The translations under genes were made by a program, and so were the position numbers. The notes beneath the pieces are model-generated. The model made no database searches and had not been told where the DNA came from. It saw only the letters and a program-made list of their open reading frames with translations. Positions 42,197 to 57,289 of a stretch of DNA of 64,000 nt are shown here, in pieces (position 1 is the stretch's first letter; each line of letters opens with the position of its first letter). This DNA comes from Octopus vulgaris. Its lineage: Eukaryota. The stretch is taken from positions 30,256,001 through 30,320,000 of the forward strand of contig OX597838.1 of assembly GCA_951406725.2 (NCBI GenBank), in the 5' to 3' direction.

Positions 42197-42653
42197 ACGT
42201 GTGTGTGTATGTGTGTGTGTATTTCTTCCCCGCTCTCTCACTATCTTCACTCACACACACGCAAGCGCACACACGTAAATCCGTATACATACACAGATAC
42301 ATAAGTATGTATGATAATGTGTGCGTATGTATGTATGTTTACATGTAAGTATGTATGCATTAAAAAAAATATATATGCATGTACATATGTGTATATATAT
42401 ATATAATATATTAATAAATAAAACATATGCATATATATGTACATATATGTACGTACCTACCTCTACATGTATATATACACGCATATATGAGTACAGGACA
42501 CCAAAAAAAAAACGTCGAACACAATGAGAAACGAAAACATAGACACAAACCCAAGGAACTGGACATTTTTCTTAAACAACAAAAAAAGAGTACAGGACAA
42601 ATAACACAAGAAAAAAACCCTTCTTCAGTCGCCATGGTTTAATCTACTCTACG

Positions 42654-42806
<153 letters not shown>

Positions 42807-43085
42807 TAGAATTGTTAGGGAGTACAACAAACGTTAAGGCAAGGCAAACATCTCGAGTCATATACATTATTATTATTCTTTTCTACTCTAGGCCCAAGTC
42901 CCGAAATTTGGGGGAAGGGGTCAGTCGATTGGATCGACCCCAGTACGCAACTGGTACTTCATTTATCGAACCCGAAAGGATGAAAGGCAAAGTCGACCTC
43001 GGCGGAATTTGAACTCAGAACGTAACGGCAGACAGCTCGCCGCCTTTTATACATTATTATTATTATTGGGAAAAAAATTCGGAGG

Positions 43086-43137
43086 CTTACAGCTGTTTCT
43101 GGAATATCCTAGATTATGTGATATTCCGTCCTCGGAG
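43086..43137 (-). ncRNA. hammerhead-like motif (variant core CCGAGGA)
   Basis: Minus strand: CT-CCGAGGA-C-GGAATATC(loop)GATATTCC-A-GAAA-CAGCTG-TA-AG; 8 bp stem II, palindromic stem III, very short stem I. Confidence 0.5.
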
Positions 43138-43311
43138 ACAAATAAGAACAATGAGAAGGGTATGGATTAATGAAATGACGACATAGAGGGCAGGAGTAAA
43201 GGGATAAAGAGATGAAGAAAGAGGGAGTAAAAGAGAGATGGAGAGAGATAGAGAGATAGAGAGATAGAGAGAGATCTATATCTTAGAGAAAACATCGATT
43301 GATGAACTTTA

Positions 43312-43360
<49 letters not shown>

Positions 43361-43936
43361 CACACACACACACATATATATATTATTATTATTATTATCA
43401 TTGTTATTAATATTATTATAGAATGTGGATGTTAATCCAGGAATTTACCGTATTAAGCTCAGCTTCAAGCACAGGCTACCAGACGGACCGCAATCCGAAA
43501 AGTATGCCTCAAAATCCAAATACCTGATGAGTTTTTACAATTACAAAAAAAAGAAAATTAAGTAAGTCCTTTTATTACTTCAATTTACAATTTTTTCATT
43601 GGATTTCGATCTCATGAATATTGTTCTAACGTTCAACTTACCATGGATAGAAATTCTTGATAAGTTCAAAGTATCTGCAAGTATCTACATAATTTTGATG
43701 AGTTAAGTTCGAGTCCCCGTGAATAGATTATTGAATTATCATTGCGTAATATAACAATACTCATCAAATGGAATTTCAATGAAACAATTGTAAACTAACG
43801 TAGCAAAGGGACTTGCTTATTCCGTTGGTCTTGTTTGTAATTATATATACACTCACACATATTGATAGATAAAATAGTTAGAAATATGTTTATATATGCG
43901 TGAATCGCTCTCTCTCTCTCTCTCTCTCTCTCTATT

Positions 43937-43986
<50 letters not shown>

Positions 43987-44096
43987 ATGATTCACGATTA
44001 AGGCGCAGAAATGGCGTATTCCGAATGAACAAGGTAATGTAATCCGATGGTAGAAAGAATTCCGCGAATTAGGTACTCCAAAGTCAGTCGGAAGGA

Positions 44097-44132
44097 GTTT
44101 CTGAAGAAGAGCGTCTGCTCGAAACGTAAAAC
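44097..44132 (+). ncRNA. minimal type-I hammerhead ribozyme motif
   Basis: GTTT-CTGAAGA-A-GAGC(GTCT)GCTC-GAAACGTA-AAAC: canonical CUGANGA/GAAA core and a GUA cleavage triplet; island between (TA)n runs. Confidence 0.78.
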
Positions 44133-44246
44133 CAGCTTTCTTTCCTTCTCTAAACGTCTGCTAATACTTTTACATGTACCACGTCCACGCATTGTTGTTT
44201 TTTGTGTTTGTTCCTCGTTTTTTGGGGTGGGTGTGGGTTTACTATA

Positions 44247-44291
<45 letters not shown>

Positions 44292-44655
44292 TCTTTACTC
44301 TCTTTTACTCTTTTACTTGTTTCAGTCATTTGACTGTGGCCATGCTGGAGCACCGCTTTTAATCGAGCAACTCGACCCCGGGACTTATTCTTTTGTAAGC
44401 CCAGTACTTATTCTATCGGTCTCTTTTGCCGAACCGCTAAGTAACGGGGACACACCAGCATCGGTTGTCAAGCAATGCGAGGGGTGGGGGACAAACACAG
44501 ACACACAAACACACACATGCATAGATATATATACATATATACGACGGGCTATAGTAGAAGACACTTGCCCAAGGTGCCACGCGGTGGGACTGAACCCGGA
44601 ACCATGTGGTTGGTAAACAAGCTACTTACCACACAGCCACTCCTGCGCCACCTCC

Positions 44656-44693
<38 letters not shown>

Positions 44694-47349
44694 CTGTATT
44701 TCATCACGATCTCCGTTGTAATGTCTTATAGTTGTTGAGAAGGCATATAAACAAATAATGAATTGCCAATATGAAGGGACATTAATCTGTTGGAGTAAAA
44801 AAGAACCAGCCGCTGCACTTCCGGTTTCGTAGTCACCGTTTGTCCTTCATCCCTCCCACAACTTCACAACCAGCGTTGGGTTTATCTTTTACCTTTTACC
44901 ATTTACTTGTTTCAGTCACAAGACTGCGGCCATGCTGGGGCAACACCTTCAAGAATTTTTTAGTCTTATGAATCGACCCCACCCGGCCAGTACCTATTTT
45001 GTTTTTGTTTTAAGAAGTGGTGCTTGTTCTATCGGTGTCTTTTGCCGAACTGCTAAGTTACGGGGGCACAAACACACCAACACCGGTTGTCAAGCAGTGG
45101 CGGTGGTGGGACAATCACAAACATGAAGACACACGCGCGCACACATACATATACATATATACATATATATATACATATACATATATATATATATATATAT
45201 ACGGCGAGCTTCTTTCAGTTTCTGTCTACCAAATCCACTCACAAGGCTATAGTAAAAGACACTTGGCTGAGACGCCATGGGACTGAACCTGGGACAATGT
45301 AGTTGTAGTTGGGAAGCAAGCTCCTTACCACACAGCCACGCCTCTGACACGGCAGTTCGGTAAAAGTACCCCGATAAAATAAGCACCAGTTTTAAAGTCA
45401 ATGAGGCACTGGGGATGATTTGTTTGCCTAAACGCTTTTTAAGTCACTGGAGCGCAGCCCCAGGATGGCCACACTCCAATGATTGTCAGAAAAAAAATTA
45501 AAAGAATAAAAGAATAAAAGAATAAAAGAATAAAAGAATAAAAGAACACGAATGTATTCAAAGTTTTATTATTCCTCCATATTTTTTTATTGTTGTTGAT
45601 GTTGTTAAATTCGTTGCCATATTGAGGAGAACCAATCTCTTTAGTTAAAGCGGCGAGCTGGCAGAACCGTTAGCACGCCGGGCGAGATGCTTAGCGGTAT
45701 TTCGGCTGCCGCTACGTTCTGAGTTCAAATTCCGCCGAGGTCGACTTTGCCTTTCATCCTTTCGGGGTCGATAAATTAAGTACCAGTTACGCACTGGGGT
45801 CGAGTCGATATAATCGACTTAATCCGTTTGTCTGTCCTTGTTTGTCCCCTCTGTGTTTAGCCCCTTGTGGGTAGTAAAGAAATAGGTATTTCTTCTGTCT
45901 TCATGTTCTGAGTTCAAATTCCGCCGAGGTCAGCTTTGCCCTTCATCCTTTCGTGGTCGATAAATAAAGGGGACCAGTCGATCTAATCGACTGGCCTCCA
46001 CTCCTAAAATTGCGGACCTTGTGCCTAGAGTGGAAAAGAATATTTTCAAAGACCTGTCTAGTTTACGAGAATATCCATTTGATTCTTTTTTTTTTCCCCC
46101 TCTTGGTAAAATGTCAACACTTTTGGTATTGATGGCCCTCCGTCGGGTTACGACGACGAGTGTACCAGTTGATCCGATCAACGGAATGCCTTGCTCGCGA
46201 AATTAACGTGCAAGTGGTTGAATACTCCACAGACACGAATACCCTTAACATTGTTATCAGCGTGACACAGAATGTGATATGGCTGGCCCTTTGAAATACA
46301 GGCACTTCTCATTTTTCCCAGCTGAGTGCATTGGAGCAACACGAAATAAAGTGTCTTGCTCAAGGACTCAACGTGCTACCGGGAATCGAGTTTGTGAAGA
46401 ATACCTTAGCCACTAAACCAAGCACCCTCATGTTTTCTTGATTATTTAAATCAGTCATCGTGGGAGAGTCATTGTGTCAATAATAAACACACACATAAAC
46501 ACACACACTGGTTGTTTTTCACTTCTTTGGTTATTTTTATCAGTTAATTGCTTAACTATTTTAACTAATTAACTAATCGATTGATTGGTTTATGGACTTT
46601 GACAAACTTACCTGATTGATTGACTGATTGACTATACGACTAATCAAACAATTGGTTAGGTAATTAAATGATCTATCAATTAGCTAATGATAATACTTTC
46701 TTCTATAGATATTGAGTGAAGGGGCTGATCGATTACATCGATTCCAGGACTCAATTGAGTTCCATGCAACCCTAAAGGATAAAAAACAAAGTCGACCTTG
46801 GCGGAATTTGAAATCAGAACGTAAGGACGTGACACAAGGCCTGGACACATTTTTTAAAGAAGAATTGGAGCGGGGGTGGAGGATTAAGTCGATTACATCG
46901 AACCCCAGTGATTGACTTATTTTATCGATCCCGAAAGGATGAAAGGCAAAGTGCACCTCGACGGGCATTTTATTTTCTCGACCCCGAAGGTATGAAAGAT
47001 AACGCTAACCTTGCCGAAATTTGAACTCAGATTTATAAAGAACCGAAAACAAGCCATGACCTTTATAATTTCTTACGTAAGAACAAAGTCCGAAATTTGG
47101 GTTTGGAAAACGGTTGAACCAAATCGAGTCCACTACTTTATTTTATCGACACTCGGAAAAAGGAAAGGTAAGGTTCACCTAGACGAGATTTGAACTCCGA
47201 ACGTTAAAGGAGCCGAGACTCTATTCCTCAACAAGCATTTTGACCGACACGTTAACGACTTTGCCAACGTCAGTCACACACACACACGCACACAAACACA
47301 CACACACACACGCTACACACACATACACACACACACAAACACACACACG

Positions 47350-47384
<35 letters not shown>

Positions 47385-47916
47385 ACACACACACACACAC
47401 ACACGCACAGACACACACGCTACACACACAGGCTACACACACATAGATCATTCACCTTAGTACTTTATACTCCTCCCCCGTTTTTTCTCACCCGCCCCCT
47501 TTCCTTCGCCCTCCCGTCTGTCACTGTCTCCCTCTCTCTGTCTCTGTCTCTCTCTCTCTATCTCTTCTCTCCCTATCGCCTTATTTCTCCCCCCCCTTTT
47601 TCTTTTTAATTTCCTAATTCTGTCATTATCCTACGTCACCTCACCCATAACCTCGCGACATTCTAACCTCCTAACATGGTAGCTCTTAACGGGGCGGATG
47701 TCTGCAGCCTTATCTCTCCCTGCTTTCGCGCCATTCTTACCTAATTACATTATATTTATTTGACTGATAATTGTAGACCAACAAATTATGCCCACACCTT
47801 AGTCAATATTATGCTAGGAAATCATGCAGCTTATTGAGAATTTCCTCCCCGTTAGTGTTCCATCCCCCCTCATTCGAAACAACCAATCAACCAGCCACTT
47901 AGTCTATCTATCTATC

Positions 47917-48048
<132 letters not shown>

Positions 48049-48053
48049 GTCTG

Positions 48054-48114
<61 letters not shown>

Positions 48115-48275
48115 ATATATATATATATATATATATGCTTATATCTATATCTATCTTATCAATCTACACACACAGACATATTAGAAATTATTACCGCCCC
48201 ATTCAACCCACCGTTTTTTTCTTTCTATTCCAATATGTAAACTACGTCCGACCCCGCCTCCACACAAATACTCAC

Positions 48276-48320
<45 letters not shown>

Positions 48321-48399
48321 GATGTATGTGTGTGTGTCGTATATACTGTGTGCGTGTAATACACACACACTCACACAGACACACACATATATACATATA

Positions 48400-48441
<42 letters not shown>

Positions 48442-48482
48442 TATGTCTGTATATATATATATATACATACAGACACACACTT

Positions 48483-48517
48483 TATATAGCAAGTTCGTAG
48501 CCATACCGCTCTCATTC
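48483..48517 (+). promoter_or_regulatory. candidate core promoter: TATA-like box + initiator
   Basis: TATATAG starts at 48483 and the Inr match TCATTC has its A at 48514, which places TATA at -31; the ATG follows 48 nt after that A. Confidence 0.5.
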
Positions 48518-48561
48518 CATTGTCAGAATTCATTGGTAAACAGTCGAAGAATACTGACGCT

Positions 48562-48606
48562 ATGTGGTTTACAACTCTCAGCCTCTTAACATTGGCCGTT
48601 ACGGCG
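48562..48606 (+). CDS. coding exon 1 of a putative small secreted protein (signal peptide MWFTTLSLLTLAVTA)
   Basis: ATG in GCTATG context, hydrophobic 15-mer, strong donor GCG|GTGAGT, phase 0. Confidence 0.7.
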
Positions 48607-48863
48607 GTGAGTATTAAATTCTTTCGTTTTCCCTCTTGCATAAGCAATGCATGTTCGTCGTCCACATGCTTTCATTTATGTGTGTTAAGCACAGCATTAG
48701 AGAATTTTAGCTCTTATTTCTAGCAATGTAGGAGTTTTAACACCTTAGTCACACTCAGAGACGGTAATAATTCTTCCTTTTTTAGTGAAACATTGCACGT
48801 GTATTGCAGTGTTTTCTTTTTCATAACTGTATACCTACCTTTGCGCCCCCACCTGTATATATG

Positions 48864-48917
<54 letters not shown>

Positions 48918-49310
48918 GAAATGAGGTAATCAGAAGATCGGATGGTTCATATTTATAGATATTTATTTATATATTACATTTTTTACATATATATATCATA
49001 TCATTCAGATTATTAGCGCTTTCTCCCATTCTAGTGGGGTTTTCAAATCAAATTAATTCCTTTGTGTATATATATACACACATACACATATAAAGGTGTG
49101 GCAAAAGTAGGTATACAGTTATGAAAAAAAAGAAATTAAAAGTTGGCCTTATTTTTTTTAAATATTTTTAATCATAAAAGTACGTTTATCATAACTATAA
49201 TAATGCTTTGATCGTAATTTTTATTTTATTTTATTATTTTTTTTTTGATAAAAATAAATGAGAATTGTATGTGTTGTCTTTCTTCGGGAATGTGCACCCA
49301 ACTGTGTGTG

Positions 49311-49390
<80 letters not shown>

Positions 49391-49454
49391 CATATGTGCA
49401 CACATGCATATATACATATATATATATGTATATGTATGTATGTATGTATGTATG

Positions 49455-49489
<35 letters not shown>

Positions 49490-49494
49490 ATCTA

Positions 49495-49558
<64 letters not shown>

Positions 49559-49628
49559 TCTTTATTAGCCACACAGGGCTGAACACAGAGGGGACAAATT
49601 ACAAAGTAGAGCTTTTCTTATTGGGGAG

Positions 49629-49674
<46 letters not shown>

Positions 49675-49852
49675 GAAGAGTAAGTACGGTTCGGCAGCTT
49701 CTTAATCTCTACAAATGTTTCGAAACGCACGAGGAATACCTAAGACTAGAACTGGTAGCATACCATAACAATACTTCCGGCTGTTTGGGAATTCTAAGCG
49801 TGAACGACCTCTGTTTGTACTCTTATACGTACTTAACAGAACACACCTCAAC

Positions 49853-49947
<95 letters not shown>

Positions 49948-50136
49948 GTGTGTGTGTGTGTGGTGTGCGCACGTGGACGAGCATGAATGGCTGTGTTGTA
50001 AAAAGTTTGCTTCCCAACCACATAGTATCAAGTTCAATCCCACTGCATGCCAGCTTGGGAAGGTGTCTTATACTATAGCCTCTGCCAGACCAAAGCCTTG
50101 TGAGTAGATTTGGTAAGCGGAAACTGAGCGAAGCGC

Positions 50137-50176
<40 letters not shown>

Positions 50177-50230
50177 AGATTGTTAGCTCCTACATACATT
50201 TTTTTCTCTCCTTGTTTCTCTCCTGTGTAC

Positions 50231-50266
50231 CTTTCTGTAGAAGAGCGTAGGCTCGAAACGTAAAAG
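50231..50266 (+). ncRNA. minimal hammerhead-like motif (core CTGTAGA)
   Basis: CTTT-CTGTAGA-A-GAGC(GTAG)GCTC-GAAACGTA-AAAG; stem I differs in compensatory fashion from the 44097 copy. Confidence 0.65.
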
Positions 50267-50348
50267 ACTTTTTCTATTCCTGAGCGCTATACTAATACAT
50301 CTGTTTGTTTGTACAGCACCTGCCTTCGTCTTTTGTTTATTTTCGTAA

Positions 50349-50472
<124 letters not shown>

Positions 50473-51072
50473 GGAGTAAACACATAAATGTGAAACAAGG
50501 TGGAAAAAAGAGTACTCAAATACCAGTGGTAGAGTAATATGCTTTATTTTAAGCAGCAGAAAATTCAACAAAATTTTGAATTTTCTGCTGCTTAAAATAA
50601 AGTATATATATATATATATATATATGATGATTATATATACAGTATATATATTAATTGTATGATTAATTTATAGAATAAAGTTCTACAAATCCATAAATAT
50701 TTTTGTCAAAAATCGAGGAGTTAAGATGTTAAAACGTTGTAAGAAGCTTATTTAAATTTCTTACAATTTTTTATCATCTCCTCTCCTCTATTTTTGACAA
50801 ATATGATTGGATTTGAAGAACTTCCTTCCCTAAACTAATCATACACTTAATATTCTAATACTGCTTTTCATATCTTCACCAATTCACACCATTAAACTCT
50901 CAACAAAGTATGAAGAATCAAAGTTAGATGTCATAGGATCGCCGTTTCGATTCCCAGACCGGGCGTTGTGAGTGTTTATTGAGCGAAAACTCCTATTTTG
51001 GAAACCGCTCCAATTGAAGGAAGAATCCGCTTCAACCTTTTACACACGAATGTGTGTGTATGTGTATGTATG

Positions 51073-51128
<56 letters not shown>

Positions 51129-51351
51129 CTACTATATATGTGTGAAAAGGGCGAATGTTGTCTCACAAGTAGTTGTGCAGGTAAAAGTGTTAGTAAATGT
51201 GGTCGGACTAACCTGGATATTTGCACACCTGTGTTAAAATTAGTGGGGAGTTTGTATCGCAACTTTGAGTTTGCTTAATTGAAAGGTCAAAATTCCTCAT
51301 CTTTAAAATGTGGCCCGAGTAGACCCGAATGAAATCGGGTTATAATACTGG

Positions 51352-51383
<32 letters not shown>

Positions 51384-51413
51384 TGTATGTATGTATGTAT
51401 GTATGTATGTATG

Positions 51414-51746
51414 TGGAGGCGCATGGCTCAGTGGTTAGAGCGTCGAGCTTACGGTCGTGAGGTAGTGAGTTCAATTCCCGGACCGGGCTGCGTGTTGTGT
51501 TCTTGAGCAAGACACTTTATTTCATGTTGCTCCAGTTAACTCAGCTGTAGAAATGAGTTGCGACGTCACTGGTGCCAAACTGTATTGGCTCCTTTGCCCT
51601 TCCCTTGGATAACATCAATGGTGTGGAGGGGGAAGGCCGGTATGCATGGCCAACTGCTGGTTGCTCTTCTATAAACAACCTTGCCCGAACTTGTGCCTGG
51701 GAGGGTAACTTTCTAGGTGCAATCCCACGGTCAGTCATGGACGAAG

Positions 51747-51750
<4 letters not shown>
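51414..51750 (+). mobile_element. tRNA-derived SINE (variant head GGAGGCGCATGGCTCAGTGGTTAGAGCG)
   Basis: A and B boxes followed by CTTGAGCAAGACACTT; related partial copy at 63868-64000. Confidence 0.75.
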
Positions 51751-51807
<57 letters not shown>

Positions 51808-51828
51808 GTATGTATGTATGTATGTATG

Positions 51829-51860
<32 letters not shown>

Positions 51861-51960
51861 GTTAATCCAAACAAGAAAGCACAAAAAAAAACACAACAAC
51901 GCGAGGACGTGGAACGAATATAGTATTATTGGACGCTCAGGAAAGAAGGGAAGAAGGAGG

Positions 51961-51995
51961 GTTTAACGTTTCGAGCGGAGCTCTTCGTCGGAAAC
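51961..51995 (-). ncRNA. minimal hammerhead-like motif (copy of 38539-38573)
   Basis: Exact reverse complement, within a ~190 bp shared repeat (51860-52050 vs 38480-38675). Confidence 0.65.
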
Positions 51996-52326
51996 ATAGG
52001 AGAAGGAAAGATCCAGAGAAGGGAAGACAGAGGAAAAAAAATCGCCAACATGTACTTATGCATGTATTTATGCATGTATGTATGTATATATGTATTTATG
52101 AGCTGGCAGAATCGTTAGCACGCCGGGCGAAATGCGTAGCCGTATTTCGTCTGCCGTTACGTTCTGAGTTCAAATTCGGCCGAGGTCGACTTTACCTTTC
52201 ATCCTTTCGGGGTTGATCAATTAAGTACCAGTTACGCACTGGGGTCGATGTAATCGACTTAAACCCTTTGTCTGTCCTTGTTTGTCCTCTCTGTGTTTAA
52301 CCCCTTGTGGGTAGTAAAGAAATAAG

Positions 52327-52365
<39 letters not shown>

Positions 52366-52381
52366 ACACACACTCGCGCAT

Positions 52382-52420
<39 letters not shown>

Positions 52421-53057
52421 CGCAGGAGTGACTGTGTGGTAAGTAGCTTGCTTACCAACCACATGGTTCCGGGTTCAGTCCCACTGCGTGGCACCTTGGG
52501 CAACTGTCTTCTACTATAGCATCGGGCCGACTAAAGCCTTGTGAGTGGATTTCGTAGACGGAAACTGAAAGAAGCCCGTCGTATATATGTATGTATGTAT
52601 GTATATGTGTGTGTGCGTCTATGTTTGTGTGTTTGTGTTTGTCCCCCTAGCATTGCTTGACAACCGATGCTGGTGTGTTTACGTCCCCGTCACTTAGCGG
52701 TTCGGCAAAAGAGACCGATAGAATGAGTACTGGGCGTACAAAGAATAAGTCCTGGGGTCGATTTTCTCGATTAAAGGCGGTACTCCAGCATGGCCGCAGT
52801 CAAATGACTGAAACAAGTAAAAGAGTATATATATTATCGTATTAAAACAAAATAAGTGGTTCAAATTTTATGAATTAAGTGCAAGAATCAAGCGTGGATT
52901 TCTTCACTCCGCTGCGTCTGACTGTCAGCATTCACTGCGAGAACAGCATTCGCTCAGTACATATGTACCAAGTTTGATATTTACGTAATATTGTGGGTGT
53001 GGGTGTGGGTGTATATCATTCTGACCTGAATTTAAGTGCCTAATTCAACTGAGTCTT

Positions 53058-53121
<64 letters not shown>

Positions 53122-53402
53122 ATAAAATATTAGGGAGTAAATCCAAACTTACAGGGAAAAATTAGATTTAGGTTTAAATCTAATTTTATAGTATAAATAT
53201 ATATTATATTAAATTAGAGATAAAACCACTATTAGGCAAATCAAACAGTGAAAATCATAAGCCAATACATAGAAATATAATTAATTATATTTTATATTTT
53301 ATATTTTATATTTTCTATATTTTTTAATTAATTTTATTTCTATGTATTGGTTTATGATTTTCACTGTCTGATTTGCCTAATACTGGTTTTATCTCTAATT
53401 TG

Positions 53403-53476
<74 letters not shown>

Positions 53477-53607
53477 ATATTATATTAAATTAGAGACAAA
53501 ACCACTATTAGGCAAATCAAACAATGAAAAACTTAACCCAATACATATGATTAATTTATATTATTTAAATATATAACAAAATTATTAAAAAAATATAATT
53601 AATATCA

Positions 53608-53671
53608 CACTACGATCGTTTCATGCCTGCTAACATCTTCAAATTTTTGAGTCGCAGTCATTCATCAGGTG
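53608..53671 (-). ncRNA. type-I hammerhead ribozyme motif in an inverted-repeat, Penelope-like remnant
   Basis: Minus strand: CAC-CTGATGA-ATGACTGC(...)GCAGGCAT-GAAA-CGATCG-TA-GTG. Confidence 0.7.
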
Positions 53672-54042
53672 GTTTAAATATTTTTCTTGGCGAGGTTTAA
53701 ACAAAGAATATAATATAATATTTTACTATAAAATTGGATTCAATCCTAAATCTGATTTTTCCCTGTAAGTTTGGATTTATTCCCTAATATTTATTATTAT
53801 ATTTATATATATATAAATATATATTGGCTCGGCTGCTCTACATTGATAGGGGGCAAATACCCTGAAACTAGTCTGTGGTTGCCAGACCAGCAAGGGGAAA
53901 GCGGCCGACCGCCCCTGTTCGAAGGTTATGATAAACACAAGTTCATCTGCCACATAGCTAGCTAGAGGCGGTGGCCTCTTCGAGCTAACCAACGGCAGCA
54001 TTCGTCCTATTTTTCTGGATTGCCATGTTAGCTTGGTGATAA

Positions 54043-54086
<44 letters not shown>

Positions 54087-54757
54087 TGAGGGAGATAAAT
54101 TGAATATTAATTTAATTAATATCAATTTAAAACCAGTAGCCTAGCATACAAAAATCTGAAAAATCAGAGAAAATTCTAATACATGTGTATATTCAAAGTA
54201 TATTCAGTGTGTATATTCAGTGTTCCGCTGAATTTTCCTCTAGAGAACATTCTTTTCTTTGTAGTTTGATCGTAGGTGATCTACTTCTAGCATACAGCTG
54301 ACCACCTAGTGGTTTTTAGCCCTTTGAATATATATATATAATATATATATATATATATACACACGTGTATATATATATATATATTTATGTACACGTGACT
54401 GTGGAGCGCTCAGCCACTTGCACGAGCAGGGTGTTCCGACGATCGTATCAGCTGGAACCCCCGTCGTCGTAAACGACGGAGTGTACGATATATATATGAA
54501 GGATATGAGAGGTTTAGTTCACTAGTGATCTAAACGAATAGGTACGGTGGGTAAGAGCTATAGTTGATCTACTGTTAGGTTCCAAAACGCCTTAAAGGGT
54601 TTTAATAGAAGAAGTCGACCCCTGAACTTATTCTTTGTAAGCCTAGTACTTACCCTGTCGGTCTCTTTTGACGAACTGCAAAGTTACGGGGGCATAAACA
54701 CACCAGCATCGGTTGTCATGCAATGGTGAACGGGGGACAAATACAGAAACAAATGCA

Positions 54758-54801
<44 letters not shown>

Positions 54802-54999
54802 GAGAGTGAGAGATACGACAGGCTTCTTTCAGTTTCCGTCTACCAAATGCACTCACAAGGCTTTGGTCGGCCGAGGTTATAGTAGAAGAGACTTGCCCAA
54901 GGTGCCACGCAGTAGGACTGAACCCGAAACCATGTGGTTGGGGAGCAAACTTCTTACCGCACAGCCACGCATGCATTTATATGTGCGTATGTGTGTGTG

Positions 55000-56381
<1,382 letters not shown>

Positions 56382-56534
56382 ATGTGTATGTATGTATGTA
56401 TGTATGTATGTATGTATGCATACATGTATGTATGCATGTATGTATGTATGTATGTATGTATGTATGTATGTATGGTTCATCCTAGTATTTGCTGATTAAT
56501 CTTGATTAATCTGATTAATATATGTATATATATA

Positions 56535-56656
<122 letters not shown>

Positions 56657-56978
56657 TACATATATATATATATATACACATATATATACACACACATACA
56701 TACACACATTTGCACACGTGCACACATACGCGCGTGCGTACGAGACTCACCACCGAATTGTTGAAATCACGCTTAGTGTTGGATCGAACACGTACTCACG
56801 GTATTATTATGCAAAATCGTTAACAATACAACTATCCTCACATCTACGCATAACTCATTGCTGTTTTTCTTTCTTGTTTTATAACATTTTTTTTTATATT
56901 ATATTCATTTTTTGATTGTTTGAATATATATTTATGCTATTTTTGTCGTTTTTTTTTGTATTTTTTTTTTCTTTTCAG

Positions 56979-57033
56979 TTTGCATTTAGTGTTGATTCCA
57001 ATACTTTACAAACATTCTTGAGGGACCTTCAAG
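56979..57033 (+). CDS. coding exon 2 of the putative secreted protein (FAFSVDSNTLQTFLRDLQ + 1 nt)
   Basis: Long polypyrimidine tract + CAG acceptor, consensus donor AAG|GTAAGT; 55 nt, open in phase 0; completes an A-F-A signal cleavage motif with exon 1. Confidence 0.78.
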
Positions 57034-57130
57034 GTAAGTTTCTATCTTGTTAGTATTCTGGTGCGTGGCAACAAGTTCCATTGAAAAAAAAGCTTTTTCT
57101 TCACTAATATTTCTGGAGAAAGACGTCAGA

Positions 57131-57208
57131 TCACGTCACGTCACGTCACGTCACGTCGAGTCACGTCACGTCACGTCACGTCTCGTCACGTCACGTCACG
57201 TCACGTCA
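57131..57208. repeat. (TCACG)n pentanucleotide microsatellite
   Basis: About 15 units, directly visible. Confidence 0.9.
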
Positions 57209-57289
57209 AATCATAACACACGATATCACATAATATAAGACAATATAATATAATACTTTCTTTCGATCAGAGTTGAACGTAAACACACT

